Positions 36,136-46,065 of a stretch of 54,276 nucleotides of DNA are shown in pieces. The position numbers and the translations under genes were made by a program. The notes beneath the pieces are model-generated. The model searched no databases and was not told the DNA's origin. It was given only the letters and a program-made list of their open reading frames with translations. The stretch lies in IMG/VR virus record IMGVR_UViG_3300048575_000513, positions 1-54,276 of that record; one strand, given 5' to 3'. Numbering within the stretch: the first letter of the stretch is position 1; the number at the start of each line of letters is the position of its first letter. Source of the stretch: a virus. Taxonomy: Duplodnaviria > Caudoviricetes.

Positions 36136-39100
36136 ATGAATATTTTATTTGAAGGCAATATATTACTTGAAGTGCACCCAACAGATGAAGCGTACCGCTA
36201 CCGTGCCATAAGGACGCTAACTACGCTCACTTTATACTTTTCCTTACCTGAACATGTAGAGGTGCCTGTTGGGGCTTACGTTGAGTATGAGGGGCAAACT
36301 TTCACACTGAACGATGAGGATAATTTCAAGAAGAACGGCACACGCAACTTTGAATATACTTTGATCCTGGACGCGCCGGATGCAAGCTTAAAAAAATACA
36401 AGGCAAAGGACCAGTCGGGACGGTTAAAGTTTTCGATGACAGCAAGGCCACATGAGCATTTGCAAATGGTCGTTGACAACCTGAACCAGCGTGAAAGTGG
36501 TTGGACGATTGGCCTTTACGTTGATGCTACCGAGAAGGTTATCGCTTATAATCATATGTACCTTATTGAGGCGCTGAACGCTATCGCTGATGAGTTTAAT
36601 ACTGAATGGGAGATCAACGGCAAGGAGATCAGCCTCCGCAGAGTTGAGTATAATAAAAGTGCACCGTTGGCTCTGTCTTATGGCAAGGGTAACGGTTTTA
36701 AGCCTGGTGTTGGCCGCACAACAGAAAAAAAAGGCGTAGAAGTCCTATATGTTCAGGGCGGCTCCCGGAACATTGATGCTTCAAAATATGGTAGCGCGGA
36801 TTTACTGCTTCCTAAATCACAGTCATATACTTACGAAGGGCGCGTTTATATAACTGACTCAGACGGTCTTTATATCAAGCGCGGCGACAAGGCTCTGACA
36901 CATGGAAATGAGGATAGCCTCGATTTGACAAACATCTACCCCTCCCGCGTAGGTGCCACATCGGGCGTCAACGTTGTTGATGCCTCAAAGAACTTTTATG
37001 ACATAATCGACAGCTCAATTCCCGGGGCACTTGACTATGAGGCCTGTTTGATCGATGGCGAAAAGATGACGATTATATTTCAAACCGGGATGCTGACAAG
37101 CAGAGAGTTTGAGGTTAAATACATACACGCAGACAGGCGCTTTGAGATCGTACCTGCCGAAATTGACGGGCAAACTATGCCCGGGGGCGTCTTTCTGCCG
37201 GCTATCGGAGATAAGTACGCTGTGTTCGGTATACAGTTACCCGCGGCATATATAAGCGATAATAGTACGCAGACCGGCTCGTCCTGGGATATGTTCAAAG
37301 AGGCGGTTAAATACCTGTATGAAAACGAAGAAACTAAATTCACCTTTACCGGCGAGCTTGACGGCATTTGGGCAAAGCAAAGCTGGCTCGCTATCGGTGC
37401 TAAAATAAAGCCTGGTGGTTATGTTGATTTTTCAGACCCTCAATTCGCACCTGATGGCGTTCTTATTCGCATAATGGGCGTTAAAGATTATATCAATCGC
37501 CCGCAAAGCCCGGTTCTGGAATTGTCTAATTCAACATCCGGCAGTACACTATCGAGTGAGTTAAAAAAGATTGGCAGCAATGAGGTTATAACCGGTGAGA
37601 TGTACCGCAGCGTGATGAATTACACAAAGCGCCGGTTCCGGGATTCAGAAGAAACGCTGAAGATGTTGGAGAATGCCATGTTGGAGGGTTATGGAGATTC
37701 TATCAGTCCGATTACTATTCGCACAATGGCGATGCTTGTTGGTGATGAATCATTGCAGTTTCGTTTTGTGGATAATATGGTTGTGCCCACCCAGATAGCA
37801 CACAATATATCATACAATAACACCACTAAAGTGCTGAGCTGCCCTGCCGGGATCATTCAGCACATGACCATGGGCATTACAACTATGAGCCCTACCCATA
37901 GTGTTAGCGATTATAAGTTCTGGTCATTGTCAGCGTACACCAGCCCCCCAATGACCGAAGAGAAAAAGAAATATTACCTGTATGCTAAAGTCTCTAAGGC
38001 AAACACCTCCGGAACGTTCGTTCTGAGTGAAACGGCGATTCCTATCGAATCAGTTACGGGGTATTATCACCTGCTTGTAGGCATTTTGAATAGTGAGTAT
38101 GAAGGGGAGAGGTCTTTCGTTACCTTGTATGGGTTTACCGAGATACTGCCGGGGAGGATAACCGTAGACGAGATAGCTTCGGCAAACAGGCAAACTGTCT
38201 TTGATTTGGCAAATGGAATCATAGAAGGGGTGATTCGATTCAGGTCTGGCAGTACCACAAAGGATGTTAAAACAGAGATCGAAAGCGCTCAATCTTCTGC
38301 TTCATCGGCAAACAGCAAGATTGACAATCTTAAGATTGCTAATGAAAACCTAATGAATGATAGTTCTTTCGAGCTGGAAAGAACTATATCCACTGCCAAC
38401 ACCACTGGGGGCGAACCTATTTACGCATGGGAAAGGTCTTCTGATTATGCCTTCGATGGAAATACATCCATTAAAGTGAGAGTTATAAGACTCTCACCTG
38501 CTGGTGCCACTCAGTTAAATCTTAATTACAGTTATAATGGTAGTACAGGAAAAAATTACTTAACTCCCCAAATAATATCAGCGATAAAAGGAAAGGCAGT
38601 TGTGTATTCTGTGAGAGTAAAGGGCGTTGGATCTTCTATCGGTAAACAAGTCTATATAAGAATAACGGAATCAACCGGAGTTAACTACGACAGCCAAATG
38701 CTAGCCTTAACTTCGGATTGGCAAGTATTGGGGATTTCTTTTACCGTAGGATCAACTATAACCAGCCTTAGTATTAATATGCGATCTGTTAATACTCTGG
38801 CCATTGGAGACGTTTTTTATTTAGACTGCGATTTTTTGGGGCTTGGAAATAAAGCCCCCGAAGGGTGGCTTCCATCTAATGCAGATGTTATCGCCAAAAC
38901 GGCTAAGTTAATTACCCTGTCCGGGACAACGCAAATTATTACAGTATCTAAAACAGGCGTCAATACACCCGCTTCGCCCTTCACTGTAACAGGGTCTGCG
39001 CAAAATACAACAATAACAATTTGGGAGTATAGTATTGACGGCGGTAGCTATTCCAGTACGTTGCCTACTGGCGTTGCCAGATCGGGTGATGTGGTAACGA

Positions 39101-42100
39101 TTGATCCGGCTACGGTGACTTTCAAGGGATTAAATATAAAGGCAAGTGACGGAACTTATAATGATACTTTTACTGTAGCAAGAGCTATAGATGGTAAAGA
39201 TGGTTCCGGATATAATTTAAAAGGTACTGTTGCTACGTATAGCGCTTTACCTGAATCTGGAGTATCAGAAAGCGATGGTTATATGACGGCAGACACCGGT
39301 AAATTGTACGTTTATCGTGGCGGAACATTCCCGCCCGAGGCGGAAGGTGTACTTATTAGGGGTGTTGCCGGTCAAGACGGTTACACAGTTATACTTGCTA
39401 ATGAAAACCACACCTTTCCTGGTAGCGAAACCGCAGCATTACCCGGCAGTGCAGTTTGTAACGTAATAGCTTATAAGGGCGCAACAGCCATAGCTGCTGT
39501 TGTGACTGTAGGTGCATTGCCAACCGGATTAACAGCTACTGTAAGCGGTACAGAAATAACATTCACTGCATCATCGGCACTCACAACCCCCGGGGGCATT
39601 GTTGATGTAACTATTGTAGCAGAGGGCAAAACCTTTGTGTTACCGTTCACTTATTCAATCAGCTTTAAAGGAGCTCCAGGTGCTGATGTTCCATATCTTG
39701 AAGTATGGGGATGGGGATACACAGCAACACCATTTAAGTTCGGCGTATGGGTTAATGAAACGAAGGTCGTAAGCAATACTGCTGTAGGCTTCGTTGTGGC
39801 TTCAATGAATAAAGATTTCACAGATGTATCCTCAGCTGTTTTTAGTACGTATGCTAACAACGCACTTACTACAGACATGATAGCACACATCGAGGGGCTT
39901 GTTGATAAGATTGTTTGTATCTACACCTTTGATGCCATTTTTGAAAATGCGGCATTGCGGCAAACATTTATAAACCTGGGGGGCTCGAAAAACAGGCCAG
40001 CGCTATCCGAAAGAACGCCATACGTTCTGATAGGTTTGTCAAAAGACGAGTCCGGTAACTGGCAAATGCAACCAGGGGAAGCAAGTGAGAATTGGGGCGC
40101 TAATCAAACAACAGTCGGAACAAAAGCCTATCAAGGTGGCAACGGGATCGTGAGTAACGGTGTAGATGGGGCCGCTGGAATATCAATAACCGGCGCTGAT
40201 GTTGAATTTGCTGTTAATACAAGCGCAACCGTTGCACCAACATCCGGATGGACAACCGTAGCGCCTACTTTAACCGCTGGACAACAGCTTTGGACGCGAA
40301 CCAAAACAACATATTCGTCCGGAAGTCCGACCTATTCGAGTCCGGCGAATATTACGCCAAAAGCCGGAGCAGATGGTGCAGCGGGAAGAAGTATAGTTTC
40401 TGTTGAAGAAGAGTATTATTTGTCTACTTCAAAAGTAACTCCCACCGGCGGATCGTGGTCAACCATGCAACCCACCTGGGAAAACGGCAAGTACCTGTGT
40501 ACCCGTGTTAAGATCACCTACAGTAATCCGACATCAATAGAATACACCACACCTGTTATTGATTCGTCCTGGGAGGCCGTGAATGATATCAAAACAAGCG
40601 GGGTAAACCTGATTGATGACAGCTCCTTCGAGAACGGTAGAGGACTGACACCTTACGGATCTTATTTTACAGCATCTATATCAACAGACTATGCCTTCAA
40701 AGGGAGTAAATCGGCAAAACTTACATTAGGCGCTACAGATGCAAGTGTTAGTTATGGAAGCTATCTGGTGTATAATCTTATTCCCGGAAATGACCTTAAA
40801 GGCAAGCAGGTTAATTATTCTATATGGATAAAGGCTACTGGTTCTGCTATTGGCCGTATTGCTCATTTAGAATTTTACTGCTATACAGAGGATTCCCCAG
40901 CAACCGGTATGGGAGGAGACACAACACTTACCGGGGAGTGGCAGCAATTAAATTATACATTTATTGTTCCGAGTGATGCCACTAACTTATTTACCTATAT
41001 ATTCGGAATCTTTCAATTGGGCGATGTAATATATCTGGACTGTGATTTTCTTGGACTTGGCAACAAACCGCCCGCTGATTGGTCGCCATCATTAAAAGAC
41101 GTGCAGGCAAGTATAGATGCTGCTGCTGCAACCGCCTCAAGTGCATTTGCTGCTGCCTCAACCGCGCAATCAACTGCTGACGGAAAGATTCAATCCTTTT
41201 ATCAAACTTCAGCACCGTCTTCCGCAAGCGAAGGTGATATCTGGTTTGATACAGACGATGGGAATAAAGTGTACACTTACAGGTCCGGCGTATGGGTAAA
41301 CACGCAGGATAGTCAAATTGCCGCTGCAATTAATTCCGCTCAAACGGCCCAGACTACAGCAGACGGAAAAGCGGATGTGTATTATCAGACCGCGGCGCCA
41401 ACTGGGTTAGCTACCAGTGATAAAGGAGATATATGGATTGACACGGACGATAACAATAAAATGTACGTGTGGAGTGGCACTGTCTGGCAGGTGGCCCAAG
41501 ACTACTATACCGCCTTATCAATCGCAAACAGTGCTCAATCAGCAGCTAATGCAGCCTCTGACGCTGTAGCAGACATGCTGAATGATAATATACTCGATCC
41601 CAAGGATAAGCAGTCTTTAAAAGAGAAGTATGATGCGATAAAAGACGAATATTTAGCTATGACATCTCAGGCAAATAGCCTGGGCGTTTCAACAACATCA
41701 TATCTATCCGCTTACAACACCTTAATAGGCTATATAGACAGTAATAACCTGTTAAGCAACCTGACAACAAACAGTCCGGTTGATGGCGCAACATTGAGAA
41801 GTTATATTAAGAATTATGCTTATCAGAGGGAGTGGTTAAGTAGCTCTATAACATCCGCACTTAGGACATCGGCCAATAACGCTAACAATACAGCAAACGA
41901 TGCGCTAAATCAGGTAAATGATCTGAAGCAAGGAACATCAAATATTCTTACCGGTAGCCGTGCAGAGAGATCCGTTTCAAATGCCAGCACAACAATTGAA
42001 AATTATATAGCCTGGCAACCGCCTGTTACTTTTCAGGCCTCAACCAGGTATGCGATAGGATTCTATTACAAAACCACCGACAACTGTAAAGGCGTTGATT

Positions 42101-43290
42101 GTTACTTTATAAATACGTCTGATGGATCAAGAAGCAGAGCGTTTGCGCTCAACCAGGCTAAAACATTCGGGGAATACAAATATTTTGAAGGTACAATTTT
42201 AACCAGCGCTGACGCCGGGCAGACCGGGTATATAAGGTTCACAAACAGAGGTTCCGAAGATGGATTGGCCGCTACTTTATACATTAAAGCTGTCATGCTT
42301 GTTAAAGGCAGCGCGCCCGGGGACTGGAAGCCGCACTCTACTGAGTCATTTAATACATATTCTGGCATTCCATCTAACTATGTGGCAGGCGATAAGTGGG
42401 TGCCTACTGATAACTATACTTTTAACGGTGTAGTTTTTCGAGCAGGCAAAGAGTATATAGCCAACCAAAGCAGTTCTACGATGAACGGTGCTCATTGGCA
42501 AGCCACTGGCCGGGATTCCGCTTACTTAACGGAAGTGTTTAAAGAAACAGTAGTGGTTGGCAAGGGTGTGCTTCTTGCTGGTGTTATTGGAGCTACGGAA
42601 AACGGTGTCGTAAAGTCTTATATAAACGGAATTACATCAAAAGAAATCGCGGCTGCATATGGTGTTACAGGTTTTGGTTTGCCAACCGAAACCCAAATGG
42701 GTATTGATAGATTTGATGGTAGCGGGTTCAGGGCTGGGGGCAATTTAGTGTGGGGTGCCGGTGGTAACGTATCGATAATTGGAACAATAACAGCAATATC
42801 CGGAACCTTTAATAATGTAAACATTGTTAGTGGTGTTATTGGAGGGTGGGATATTCAGAATGGGGGTCTTTCGAACCAAGGAACTAAGGTCTTGAATGAG
42901 ATTAGCAGCTACTCCAACATTAAATCTAATGGAGAATTTATGTTTAAAGCTTTTGATCAGCATCCTTCACTACCCAACCAACTGGGAGATAAAGGGGGTA
43001 TAGCTTTTGGCACTAATGCAGCAATATTTGGGCTTTGGTCCGGTTTAGGATTTACAATGAACAGGTACGGACGTGCTGGATTTGGAGGCGGAGCAGGCTA
43101 TACGCTAACGCTTGCACATCACACAATGCAAGCAGATGGATCAACTTCAATTTCAGGTAGTGGTGATTATGCGCTAAGGGTGATAGGCGGGATAAAATTG
43201 GATTACCTACCAAATACTACGTCAGGGTACGATGGAGGAATTGTTAAGATATACTCATCTGGGGGTGTTAGATATTTAGTTCTTGCTTAA
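36136..43290 (+). CDS. Tail tip/hub-central fiber with carbohydrate-binding-like modules
   Basis: About 2384 aa; N-terminal tail-hub-like region; repeated NL.xDSSFE...LGLGNK.P..W.PS modules. Confidence 0.8.
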   Translation: MNILFEGNILLEVHPTDEAYRYRAIRTLTTLTLYFSLPEHVEVPVGAYVEYEGQTFTLNDEDNFKKNGTRNFEYTLILDAPDASLKKYKAKDQSGRLKFSMTARPHEHLQMVVDNLNQRESGWTIGLYVDATEKVIAYNHMYLIEALNAIADEFNTEWEINGKEISLRRVEYNKSAPLALSYGKGNGFKPGVGRTTEKKGVEVLYVQGGSRNIDASKYGSADLLLPKSQSYTYEGRVYITDSDGLYIKRGDKALTHGNEDSLDLTNIYPSRVGATSGVNVVDASKNFYDIIDSSIPGALDYEACLIDGEKMTIIFQTGMLTSREFEVKYIHADRRFEIVPAEIDGQTMPGGVFLPAIGDKYAVFGIQLPAAYISDNSTQTGSSWDMFKEAVKYLYENEETKFTFTGELDGIWAKQSWLAIGAKIKPGGYVDFSDPQFAPDGVLIRIMGVKDYINRPQSPVLELSNSTSGSTLSSELKKIGSNEVITGEMYRSVMNYTKRRFRDSEETLKMLENAMLEGYGDSISPITIRTMAMLVGDESLQFRFVDNMVVPTQIAHNISYNNTTKVLSCPAGIIQHMTMGITTMSPTHSVSDYKFWSLSAYTSPPMTEEKKKYYLYAKVSKANTSGTFVLSETAIPIESVTGYYHLLVGILNSEYEGERSFVTLYGFTEILPGRITVDEIASANRQTVFDLANGIIEGVIRFRSGSTTKDVKTEIESAQSSASSANSKIDNLKIANENLMNDSSFELERTISTANTTGGEPIYAWERSSDYAFDGNTSIKVRVIRLSPAGATQLNLNYSYNGSTGKNYLTPQIISAIKGKAVVYSVRVKGVGSSIGKQVYIRITESTGVNYDSQMLALTSDWQVLGISFTVGSTITSLSINMRSVNTLAIGDVFYLDCDFLGLGNKAPEGWLPSNADVIAKTAKLITLSGTTQIITVSKTGVNTPASPFTVTGSAQNTTITIWEYSIDGGSYSSTLPTGVARSGDVVTIDPATVTFKGLNIKASDGTYNDTFTVARAIDGKDGSGYNLKGTVATYSALPESGVSESDGYMTADTGKLYVYRGGTFPPEAEGVLIRGVAGQDGYTVILANENHTFPGSETAALPGSAVCNVIAYKGATAIAAVVTVGALPTGLTATVSGTEITFTASSALTTPGGIVDVTIVAEGKTFVLPFTYSISFKGAPGADVPYLEVWGWGYTATPFKFGVWVNETKVVSNTAVGFVVASMNKDFTDVSSAVFSTYANNALTTDMIAHIEGLVDKIVCIYTFDAIFENAALRQTFINLGGSKNRPALSERTPYVLIGLSKDESGNWQMQPGEASENWGANQTTVGTKAYQGGNGIVSNGVDGAAGISITGADVEFAVNTSATVAPTSGWTTVAPTLTAGQQLWTRTKTTYSSGSPTYSSPANITPKAGADGAAGRSIVSVEEEYYLSTSKVTPTGGSWSTMQPTWENGKYLCTRVKITYSNPTSIEYTTPVIDSSWEAVNDIKTSGVNLIDDSSFENGRGLTPYGSYFTASISTDYAFKGSKSAKLTLGATDASVSYGSYLVYNLIPGNDLKGKQVNYSIWIKATGSAIGRIAHLEFYCYTEDSPATGMGGDTTLTGEWQQLNYTFIVPSDATNLFTYIFGIFQLGDVIYLDCDFLGLGNKPPADWSPSLKDVQASIDAAAATASSAFAAASTAQSTADGKIQSFYQTSAPSSASEGDIWFDTDDGNKVYTYRSGVWVNTQDSQIAAAINSAQTAQTTADGKADVYYQTAAPTGLATSDKGDIWIDTDDNNKMYVWSGTVWQVAQDYYTALSIANSAQSAANAASDAVADMLNDNILDPKDKQSLKEKYDAIKDEYLAMTSQANSLGVSTTSYLSAYNTLIGYIDSNNLLSNLTTNSPVDGATLRSYIKNYAYQREWLSSSITSALRTSANNANNTANDALNQVNDLKQGTSNILTGSRAERSVSNASTTIENYIAWQPPVTFQASTRYAIGFYYKTTDNCKGVDCYFINTSDGSRSRAFALNQAKTFGEYKYFEGTILTSADAGQTGYIRFTNRGSEDGLAATLYIKAVMLVKGSAPGDWKPHSTESFNTYSGIPSNYVAGDKWVPTDNYTFNGVVFRAGKEYIANQSSSTMNGAHWQATGRDSAYLTEVFKETVVVGKGVLLAGVIGATENGVVKSYINGITSKEIAAAYGVTGFGLPTETQMGIDRFDGSGFRAGGNLVWGAGGNVSIIGTITAISGTFNNVNIVSGVIGGWDIQNGGLSNQGTKVLNEISSYSNIKSNGEFMFKAFDQHPSLPNQLGDKGGIAFGTNAAIFGLWSGLGFTMNRYGRAGFGGGAGYTLTLAHHTMQADGSTSISGSGDYALRVIGGIKLDYLPNTTSGYDGGIVKIYSSGGVRYLVLA

Positions 43291-43629
43291 GAAGCAAATG
43301 CTATACTTTGTTCTATGAGGGTTTTGAGTTATTGGATCTTCCTCGCTGATGTCAATTATGGGTAAGGGTTCTGTTTTGGAGTCGGCGACAGGGAATGATT
43401 TTGTTTCTACCGAGGTGATTTCTTTTTTGTTATTAAGTATAAAAACAGAAGCGACGTAATTGCCATTTTGTACAATCATCTTCTCGGTATGATAGACGTA
43501 GTAAGTTGTATTATTATATGTGATGGTTTGGTCGGAGCATAAAAAAACATTTTCCTTGTTTTTGGAAACATCAGATCCCTTACTACAAGAAAACATAGAC
43601 AAAATGGCAATCAAATAAAATGTTCTCAT
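43276..43629 (-). CDS. Lipoprotein (superinfection-exclusion candidate)
   Basis: MRTFYLIAILSMFSC lipobox; TACTTTTG -7 box at 43641-43634. Confidence 0.65.
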   Translation of the reverse strand: MRTFYLIAILSMFSCSKGSDVSKNKENVFLCSDQTITYNNTTYYVYHTEKMIVQNGNYVASVFILNNKKEITSVETKSFPVADSKTEPLPIIDISEEDPITQNPHRTKYSICFLSKN

Positions 43630-43677
43630 ATAACAAAAGTACATAAAACAATAATTATAAATATTAAAAAAAAACCC

Positions 43678-44004
43678 ATGCAAAAGTTTGATTTAAAACA
43701 AGTTAAAATTGTGGACTCAATTGGAAAACCCTTAGAAATACCCGACCTGCACATGCAGATTGGAAATACCTTATACTATGTTTCTAAAAATCGTCTTCCC
43801 ATTTTTGTTTTAGGCAATAAGATTGCCTTAAATGAGCCTTTTGATATTTCTGAAAACGACATTAATGAGTTTATAGAATATGTTGAAGAATGGGAGCTAT
43901 CATTTCACGTAAAACTGCCTTTGTTAGAATACTTAAAGCAACTTAAAAGTAATGAAATAACTACCAAAACCAATAGTCCGCTGGCTGGAGGTATGGAGGG
44001 TTAG
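43678..44004 (+). CDS. Hypothetical protein (possible fiber chaperone)
   Basis: 108-aa ORF after the tail tip gene. Confidence 0.55.
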   Translation: MQKFDLKQVKIVDSIGKPLEIPDLHMQIGNTLYYVSKNRLPIFVLGNKIALNEPFDISENDINEFIEYVEEWELSFHVKLPLLEYLKQLKSNEITTKTNSPLAGGMEG

Positions 44005-44005
44005 C

Positions 44006-44065
44006 TAATTTCATATATTTACGATTAAAAGTGATTATATAGTAATCACTTTTGTCTTATCTTTG
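44006..44065 (+). promoter_or_regulatory. Putative late promoter/operator of the lysis region
   Basis: TAATTTCATATATTTACGA; AGTGATTA-TATAG-TAATCACT at 44030-44050; TATCTTTG at 44058-44065. Confidence 0.7.
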
Positions 44066-44096
44066 AAAAGCGATTTTTAACTTAAAAACAAAAATT

Positions 44097-44414
44097 ATGT
44101 CATTACTATTAGTATCGGACGTCAGGAAAAGAGCCTATAGAGAAAACAATGTCGAGGGGTTCGACCTTATGTATAATTTAGAATTCAAAGACGGCGTAGT
44201 TGACCAATTAAATTGCAATGGAAGCAAGCAAAACACAACTCCTGAAGGTCAACCCGTCATGCCCACGTCTGTAAACTTTAACTACATCGCCGGTAATCCT
44301 TCTATTTCTTCTAATGTTTTTAACGGCATTCTGACAGAAACATTACAGCAACATGTAGCGGACCGGTTCGATGAGATTATTACTGCAATAGCGGCAGAAA
44401 CTGCGGGAGAATAA
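44097..44414 (+). CDS. Hypothetical protein
   Basis: 105-aa ORF. Confidence 0.6.
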   Translation: MSLLLVSDVRKRAYRENNVEGFDLMYNLEFKDGVVDQLNCNGSKQNTTPEGQPVMPTSVNFNYIAGNPSISSNVFNGILTETLQQHVADRFDEIITAIAAETAGE

Positions 44415-44451
44415 CAAAAAGCAAAAGATTAAATTTTTTACACTTTGGTAA

Positions 44452-44760
44452 ATGGCAATAAAAGAAGTCGTTCAGGAAGGAAAGGAGGTGGCAAAAACAG
44501 CAGAGCGGTTTCCCTGGGGAACGACAATCGTAATTGCTATAATATCAAACGCTTTAACTTTTTTCATAAAGGACGGGGAGGTTAAGGACGCAAGAACCGA
44601 GCGTGATCTGTACAAGAATATCATCCTTCAAAAGCTTGAGCAAAAAGAAGAGAAGTTGATAAAAGTTGAGACGAAGGTTGATACGTTGGCGCCAAAAGTT
44701 GAAGCAGCTGTAAATACAATAGATACCATAATATTCAAAACTTATGAAGCAGTTAAGTAA
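44452..44760 (+). CDS. Single-TM coiled-coil protein (lysis-associated)
   Basis: TM segment WGTTIVIAIISNALTFFI. Confidence 0.55.
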   Translation: MAIKEVVQEGKEVAKTAERFPWGTTIVIAIISNALTFFIKDGEVKDARTERDLYKNIILQKLEQKEEKLIKVETKVDTLAPKVEAAVNTIDTIIFKTYEAVK

Positions 44761-45232
44761 AAACAAGCTGCTCATTGCAGCGGCTATCATTTGGACGTTC
44801 ATTCCGGTTCGGACAGGTAAATCCCAATCGCAGAAAGATAGTATCATTCAGCGGGTTAATTCATTTGGAGAGCGGGTAGAGGCTGTAAGCCAGAAAGCAG
44901 ACCTTATTGAAAGTAAATTACTATCCTATCCGGAAAAAGTTCAAACTTTTGATAGCCTTATTTCCCTGGTGCCTAAACAACAATCAGTAGTCAAGTCTCG
45001 GGCGAGAAAGCCAGTAAAAGATAAATCATCTGCGCCTGTATTGCCTAAAAGTATAGATGTTGATTTTCCTTTTACCGAGCCGCAATACTTTGAAAGACCT
45101 GTCATTATTTATCGAACCTGCGAGGTAACCTATGGCGGCGATACATTCCGCACCAACATGTGGAAGGCTCCCGGGGAAGATGGTTTATTAAAGGGTATAA
45201 AATTTTTTGACTGGCTAAAAAAAAAGAAATGA
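44744..45232 (+). CDS. Membrane-anchored or secreted hypothetical protein
   Basis: N-terminal hydrophobic stretch. Confidence 0.5.
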   Translation: MKQLSKNKLLIAAAIIWTFIPVRTGKSQSQKDSIIQRVNSFGERVEAVSQKADLIESKLLSYPEKVQTFDSLISLVPKQQSVVKSRARKPVKDKSSAPVLPKSIDVDFPFTEPQYFERPVIIYRTCEVTYGGDTFRTNMWKAPGEDGLLKGIKFFDWLKKKK

Positions 45233-45771
45233 ACAGAAGCGGATGTTTAATAATGTTCCTCTACTTTTTGTCTTTAACGATACTGTTGATCGGCTGCTTT
45301 TCATGCAACCCTGTAAAGCAGGCTACGAAGTATTATGTTAAGGCCAAAGAAAAGCACTTACCCACCGTTGCGCTACTTTCTCAAAAGGATTGGCCATGTG
45401 GCGAATCTAAGCGGGATACTGTTACTAAAATCTTACCTGGCAAAAAAGACACCGTTATAGTTCCGCAAGTGGTTATGGCCGATTGCCCTGACACGGCTAC
45501 TAATGCGGCTCCCGGGTCTATTATCAAGGTGCCCGTAAAAGTACCGTGCAACTGTCTTCAGTCTGATCCAGATACTGTTTATAGTGAAATCACCTCCGTA
45601 GTAAAAGATCCGCGCGATAGCATCTATTATACCTATCAGATTAGATCTGTCAATAAGGAACTTGCATCAACCACACAGGGCCGCAACACGTGGCGAACTA
45701 TGTCTCTTATACTCCTGGGCCTCGCAGCCCTTTCTATATTTCTATTCATTAAAAAAATCAAAATAGTTTAA
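45229..45771 (+). CDS. Putative unimolecular spanin
   Basis: N-terminal lipobox-like LLIGCFSC and C-terminal TM SLILLGLAALSIFLFIKK. Confidence 0.55.
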   Translation: MNRSGCLIMFLYFLSLTILLIGCFSCNPVKQATKYYVKAKEKHLPTVALLSQKDWPCGESKRDTVTKILPGKKDTVIVPQVVMADCPDTATNAAPGSIIKVPVKVPCNCLQSDPDTVYSEITSVVKDPRDSIYYTYQIRSVNKELASTTQGRNTWRTMSLILLGLAALSIFLFIKKIKIV

Positions 45772-45772
45772 C

Positions 45773-46042
45773 ATGGCAAACATTACAAAAAGAGAAGCAA
45801 TTAAAAGTATCGTACTGTCTTCTGTTACGGGCGTTGTAACGCTTATTATCACCAGCCTGTCGGCAGGAGCGTTTCCTACCTGGATAGAGCTAAAACCCGC
45901 ACTTATAGCCGCATTAGGCGCGTTGCTGGCGGCGTTATTCAAATACCTTACTACTGACACCGTAGAGAGTGCAAAAGAAGATATTAAATCTGCTATACAG
46001 CCAGGCTCTACCGTTACGGTTACAAAGCCCGACCAAATTTAA
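45773..46042 (+). CDS. Putative holin (two TM helices)
   Basis: Two hydrophobic helices and a charged C-terminus. Confidence 0.55.
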   Translation: MANITKREAIKSIVLSSVTGVVTLIITSLSAGAFPTWIELKPALIAALGALLAALFKYLTTDTVESAKEDIKSAIQPGSTVTVTKPDQI

Positions 46043-46065
46043 TTTAACCAGGACAAAAAAAAATC

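Noticed and set aside
36136-43290. Diversity-generating retroelement acting on the tail fiber
   Set aside because: No reverse transcriptase ORF and no near-identical TR/VR pair seen; the repeats are diverged protein modules
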